In this document: positions 59,863 to 64,000 of the stretch, in pieces
Layout of the letters: every line of letters starts with the position of its first letter
Position numbering within the stretch: position 1 is the stretch's first letter
Virus record (IMG/VR): IMGVR_UViG_3300028903_000004
Span: 59,437 to 123,436 of that record
Length of the DNA: 64,000 nucleotides
Reading direction: 5' to 3' (one strand)
DNA from: a virus
Lineage: Duplodnaviria > Caudoviricetes
Program-made: the position numbers and the translations under genes
Notes under the pieces: model-generated
Seen by the model: the letters and a program-made list of their open reading frames with translations, nothing else
Told to the model about the DNA's origin: nothing
Databases searched by the model: none

Positions 59863-60381
59863 ATGGGTCAAAATAAAGTACCAATTAATAGAGCAGATAA
59901 ATTCTTTTCTGGTGAAGATTTTGATTTAGAAATTGAAATGGGTCGCGAATATCTTGAAGGTGATTTGAATATGACTGTAATCTTATTCAGAGTAGATAGG
60001 ATTAGTACTGAAACTGATAGCATTTATGGAGAAACTGTTAAGGATGGAATTCGTTATCTACCACCAGTTGAAATTAAGTGTTTGGTTAATCTTATGGAAC
60101 CAGAGAATAAAACCTATAATTCTGATGGAAGTTTAAGATATTTGCAAGACGGACAATTAACGCTAACTATTTATCAAAAACATTTAGAAGAACTTGGTGT
60201 TGATATTACTTATGGCGATTATATAGGATATCAAGTTACAGAATCTGAAATGAGATATTTTAGTGTTGTTAATGACGGAATAAAGAATTATAATAATTCA
60301 AACACAATTCTTGGTTATAAAGGAGCATATAGAAGAATTTTATGTGCACCAGTTGATAAATCAGAATTTCGCGGTCTTTAA
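59863..60381 (+). CDS. Neck/head-closure protein (gp14-like)
   Basis: Likely start MGQNK after late promoter 59841; DSIYGE motif; lies before tail-terminator-like gene. Confidence 0.55.
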   Translation: MGQNKVPINRADKFFSGEDFDLEIEMGREYLEGDLNMTVILFRVDRISTETDSIYGETVKDGIRYLPPVEIKCLVNLMEPENKTYNSDGSLRYLQDGQLTLTIYQKHLEELGVDITYGDYIGYQVTESEMRYFSVVNDGIKNYNNSNTILGYKGAYRRILCAPVDKSEFRGL

Positions 60382-60405
60382 AATATGTACTAAAAGTGTT
60401 ATAAT

Positions 60406-61443
60406 ATGGGCGCACCAAAAGGGTTTAGAAAAAATATAAAGCTTTATCCGCAAAAAGTAGGAGTGGAAAGGCGACAAGAGATGTTGGACGCGATTAACTA
60501 CAAAGCTAGTTATTTGCCTAGGGGAGTTATGTATGAAGATATGGACGCTAGTTTTATAGATTTCATTAAAAAAGAAGTTAATTTTTCTGTTAATGGTGAA
60601 ACCATTCCAGTTATTTTCCTTACAATTCAAAGATGGGCTGAATTGGCAAGAACATGGGAATTTACTGGTGAATTTAAAGATTTAAGTGTTCCATTCATTA
60701 CAATTGTAAGAAAACCAGATGTTCAAGAAGGAAGTAATCAACAAGGATTATGGAATATACCAGGTCGTCCTACATTTACTTATATTAAAGTTCCGCGTTG
60801 GGATGGCGTAAGAAAAGGTATTGATGTGTATAAAATTCCACAACCAGTTTCGGTAGATATTACATATGAAGTAAGAATATTTTCAAATAAAATGAGAGAA
60901 GTCAATAATTTCAACACCAAAATGCAACAAATTTTTAGGTCTAGACAGCATTATATTAATCCTAATGAACATCCAATGCCATTACACTTAGAAAATATTG
61001 GCGATGAAAGTAATATTGATGATTTTGAAAATCGTAAATTTTATGTTCAATTATTTGAGGTCTTGCTTAAAGGATATATCATGGATGAAAAAGAATTTGA
61101 AGTCGTTCCAGCAATAGATAGAACAATGCTATTTACTGAAGTTACCGAATCATTAAATAATTCCCCAAAAATCGTTATTAATTCAAATGAAGATAATAAA
61201 ACTGTAACATTTACTGTTATCGCAAAACCAATGTCAGAACCAACATTTTCAACTAAAATAGATTTTAATTACCGATTTTTAAGACTTAATTTAATAAATA
61301 ATGTTACTTCAGTAGATTTATTACTTGATAATGAACCAGTACATGTGCCATTTGTTGCAATGGCTGGTCAGACATTACATATCAAAATCCATAGGGATAT
61401 AAATAAGACTGCAAAATTTCAGTTACTAGGTAATTTGATATAA
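60406..61443 (+). CDS. Tail completion/sheath terminator protein (gp15-like)
   Basis: IPVIF...RW...PFITI...PVSVDITYEVRI pattern. Confidence 0.55.
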   Translation: MGAPKGFRKNIKLYPQKVGVERRQEMLDAINYKASYLPRGVMYEDMDASFIDFIKKEVNFSVNGETIPVIFLTIQRWAELARTWEFTGEFKDLSVPFITIVRKPDVQEGSNQQGLWNIPGRPTFTYIKVPRWDGVRKGIDVYKIPQPVSVDITYEVRIFSNKMREVNNFNTKMQQIFRSRQHYINPNEHPMPLHLENIGDESNIDDFENRKFYVQLFEVLLKGYIMDEKEFEVVPAIDRTMLFTEVTESLNNSPKIVINSNEDNKTVTFTVIAKPMSEPTFSTKIDFNYRFLRLNLINNVTSVDLLLDNEPVHVPFVAMAGQTLHIKIHRDINKTAKFQLLGNLI

Positions 61444-61445
61444 CC

Positions 61446-62801
61446 ATGACTTGTAATAATAGTAATTCAAATATTAACAAAACTTTTATATTAGAGCCGT
61501 TAAGTATTACAAGTGGTTCAACAACATTAACGGCTTCTACTGCTTTATACACAAACCAAGTGAAAAGTTATAGTGGTAATACTACTATTACAATGGGTAC
61601 TAATATCATTAGTTTTAATCATGATATATCTATTGAAGGTAATGTTACCGCCGAAATTTATTACGGGGATGGTAGCCAATTATCTGGAGTTGCAAAACAT
61701 GATTATTATACAACCGCAGTTACATTGGATGATACGATATTGTATTTTAATAGAAATGACCAATTATCTGCATATACATTAGATTTAAGAAATTTATTAT
61801 TTACAGGTGGTTCTGGATTAATATACGCTAGACATGTATTAAAGAATACTGATGTAATTAACGACTCATTACCGAGTAATTTATTTGCTGGCGAACCTTT
61901 TGTTAATACAGCTGAAGGTATCATGTATTTTTCAGGAGTTACCTCTTCTGCAATTTCTGGTTGGACTAAATCTGATTCTGGAAGTACATTTTGGGAAGTA
62001 GGTTCTAATCTTTATGATTTAAATATTAGACATAGAATTACAAAATATGAAAATCAAACTGGTAATGGATTAGTTGGTAAATTTCTTTCTGGTAGTACTG
62101 ATGGTTTTGTATTAGCTAATATTTCAGATATTAAAGGTATTGATACGTATGTAACCGCATTTACATATAATAATAATATACTTACTATTTCACAAAATGA
62201 TAAACCAAATTTAACAGCATATATTAATTCATTTACAGGTTTAACAGTTAATGGTGATTTAAATATTACAAGTTTAAATACAAATAAAGTTGTTTATACT
62301 ACAAATTCTGGAATTTTAACGACTAATTCTACATTTGAATATGATGATAATCTTAATAAATTAAATGTTAATAATATTGATGTTGTCAATGATTTAGTTG
62401 TATATGGTAATTTAACTATTTGGGGTCAATCTGTATCAGCCTTTACATCACAATTGTATGTTGAAGATAAAAATATTACATTAAATTGGAATCCAACTGG
62501 AAGTACTTCTTCAACCTCAATTCAAGCAGGTTGGACAATTCAAGATGGTGATGGTTTAACTGGTGATATAAATTTAGAAATTGTAAGGATGAAAAACCTT
62601 ACAGGATTAACAGTAAATGAAATTCCAGATGTAACAGAATATGCTGGACAATCAACAGGATATGCAAATAGAGGTTGGATTACACAATTAAATGATATTG
62701 TAATTAGAAGTACGGATATTACCGATACTGGTACTGCTGGTAGTATTAATGGTGTAAGAGTATTGGCTGAATTTGATATTTTAGATGGCGGTACTTATTA
62801 A
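61446..62801 (+). CDS. Tail fibre-like virion protein
   Basis: YYGDGSQL, L.AGEPFVNT, VEDKNITLN, C-terminal DGGTY; S/T/G-rich. Confidence 0.65.
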   Translation: MTCNNSNSNINKTFILEPLSITSGSTTLTASTALYTNQVKSYSGNTTITMGTNIISFNHDISIEGNVTAEIYYGDGSQLSGVAKHDYYTTAVTLDDTILYFNRNDQLSAYTLDLRNLLFTGGSGLIYARHVLKNTDVINDSLPSNLFAGEPFVNTAEGIMYFSGVTSSAISGWTKSDSGSTFWEVGSNLYDLNIRHRITKYENQTGNGLVGKFLSGSTDGFVLANISDIKGIDTYVTAFTYNNNILTISQNDKPNLTAYINSFTGLTVNGDLNITSLNTNKVVYTTNSGILTTNSTFEYDDNLNKLNVNNIDVVNDLVVYGNLTIWGQSVSAFTSQLYVEDKNITLNWNPTGSTSSTSIQAGWTIQDGDGLTGDINLEIVRMKNLTGLTVNEIPDVTEYAGQSTGYANRGWITQLNDIVIRSTDITDTGTAGSINGVRVLAEFDILDGGTY

Positions 62802-62931
62802 TTTTAAAAATATTGTTTAAATAAATGAATAAATAAATATATCCAAATGTAAGTTTAGGCATATTTATTTATAAGCGGTTATATAATCGTAAAATAAATA
62901 ATCCTATATAGGAGTTTAAAACGTCATATAT

Positions 62932-63630
62932 ATGGCAGAAAGAAAAACCACTTTCTTAATTAAAAGAAGTAATGTTCCAGGTAAAGTTCCATCGGCTGGC
63001 GACTTATTATTAGGTGAATTAGCATTGAACACTGCCGATGTAATTTTATATGCATCTGGGACAACCGTAAATGATATTTTACCGATTGGATGGGATAGAG
63101 TATCGCGAACAGGTGATACCATGACAGGTCCATTAATAATTAATTCTGATTTAACAGTAAATGGTAACATTTCACTTAAAACTAATACTATAACAGCTAT
63201 AACTGATACTATATTAAGTGCTTCAACAAATTATGAAATACCAACAACTAAAGCTGTATATGATTATATCACTAATAACAACTTTAATAAAATTACTGTG
63301 ACATTTGATGGCTGTTATACTTATATCCCAACAAACACAATGGCAAAAACGATGGCAGACGGCAATTATAATATAATAGCTTGGAAAATTGTTGGTAATA
63401 ATCAAACAAATAGTGGATGTACAGCTTCAATTGATGTATTAATTAATGGAGTAAGCGCAGTTGGAAGTGGTAATAAGCCAAGTCTAACTAATGCTACAGC
63501 AAATTATGCAACAATATCTGGTTGGACTACAACGGTAATTAATGAGAATGATATAATTGGTTTAAATATTGCAAGTAATAATGATGCAACATATTTAAAT
63601 GTTGTTATTATAACTCGAAAAAATAATTAA
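62932..63630 (+). CDS. Tail fibre-like protein
   Basis: N-terminal IKRS..PGKVP....L..GELALNTAD motif typical of T4-like fibre subunits; GDTMTGPL. Confidence 0.7.
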   Translation: MAERKTTFLIKRSNVPGKVPSAGDLLLGELALNTADVILYASGTTVNDILPIGWDRVSRTGDTMTGPLIINSDLTVNGNISLKTNTITAITDTILSASTNYEIPTTKAVYDYITNNNFNKITVTFDGCYTYIPTNTMAKTMADGNYNIIAWKIVGNNQTNSGCTASIDVLINGVSAVGSGNKPSLTNATANYATISGWTTTVINENDIIGLNIASNNDATYLNVVIITRKNN

Positions 63631-63635
63631 AATAT

Positions 63636-64000
63636 ATGGCAACGAGAACATGGAAAGGAACAACAAATGATAATCCAACGGTAGCAACAAATTGGGAAGA
63701 AGGAGTGGTACCAGTTGCAGGCGATAACGTTGTATTCAACTCAACTTACAGTAACCCATGTACGTTGGTTGCTGATTTTCCAGCGACAGGGCAATTTCAA
63801 AGCCTTACAATGGTAGGTTATACAGGTACTTTGAATTTTGGTGATTATAAAATGTATGTAGGCCAAGGAAATTATAACGGAACAATCTTGGATGCAGGGA
63901 GTACTGCCGATTACACATGCGGAAGCGGTGGAATTGAATTATATACAAATGCTACAACAACAATTAATTATAATGTAATTAAATGCAATAATGTAAAACT
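63636..64000 (+). CDS. Virion/beta-helix-like protein, N-terminal part (runs off window)
   Basis: MATRTWKG...ATNW..GVVP..GDNVVF; open to window end. Confidence 0.6.
   Translation, partial: MATRTWKGTTNDNPTVATNWEEGVVPVAGDNVVFNSTYSNPCTLVADFPATGQFQSLTMVGYTGTLNFGDYKMYVGQGNYNGTILDAGSTADYTCGSGGIELYTNATTTINYNVIKCNNVK

Noticed and set aside
2333-63405. Short antisense or alternate-frame ORFs in the track (e.g. 2516-3010, 9440-9742, 12935-13486, 26600-26860, 49810-50058, 52237-52527)
   Set aside because: They lie within or opposite well-supported genes and mirror their codon bias, with no independent motifs or signals.
1-64000. Stop-codon reassignment (as in some Bacteroidetes phages)
   Set aside because: Core genes are full length in code 11; TAG (capsid, 43738) and TGA (protease, NTase) end genes at expected positions and coding density is high.

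Overview
Very AT-rich 64-kb segment of a large T4-like (jumbo-type) tailed phage genome read in the standard genetic code. The host is probably a Bacteroidetes: TTTG-N20-TAnnTTTG promoters occur and starts are A-rich without evident Shine-Dalgarno sites. Left part: the 3' end of thyA, a nucleotidyltransferase, putative head-core proteins, and the head module (terminase, portal, intein-containing prohead protease, scaffold, major capsid). Middle part, mostly on the minus strand: baseplate-like genes, a gp55-like late sigma factor, and a ~16-kb glycan/nucleotide cluster (7 glycosyltransferase-like genes, 2 clear plus 1 possible methyltransferase, UDP-GlcNAc 2-epimerase, PhoH, IMPDH/GMP reductase, dUTPase, HD and HAD proteins). 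Right part: SHAEG-repeat fibre proteins, an intein-containing family B DNA polymerase, neck/tail-completion genes, an SNF2-like helicase and a repeat-flanked RHH + Hef-like endonuclease element. Best leads: (1) a strongly over-represented [ST]-[GA]-x-T motif in virion-surface proteins, alongside the glycosyltransferase cluster, suggesting a phage-encoded virion O-glycosylation system with its own sequon; (2) an endonuclease cassette that duplicates and replaces the promoter and 5' end of the neck gene; (3) enzymes with capsid-targeting-like leaders; (4) an ATATTTAT late promoter and a second TATTTACATTT promoter class; (5) a -1 frameshift at an A11 run; (6) structured 5' leaders. All protein calls come from motif recognition by eye; no database searches were run.
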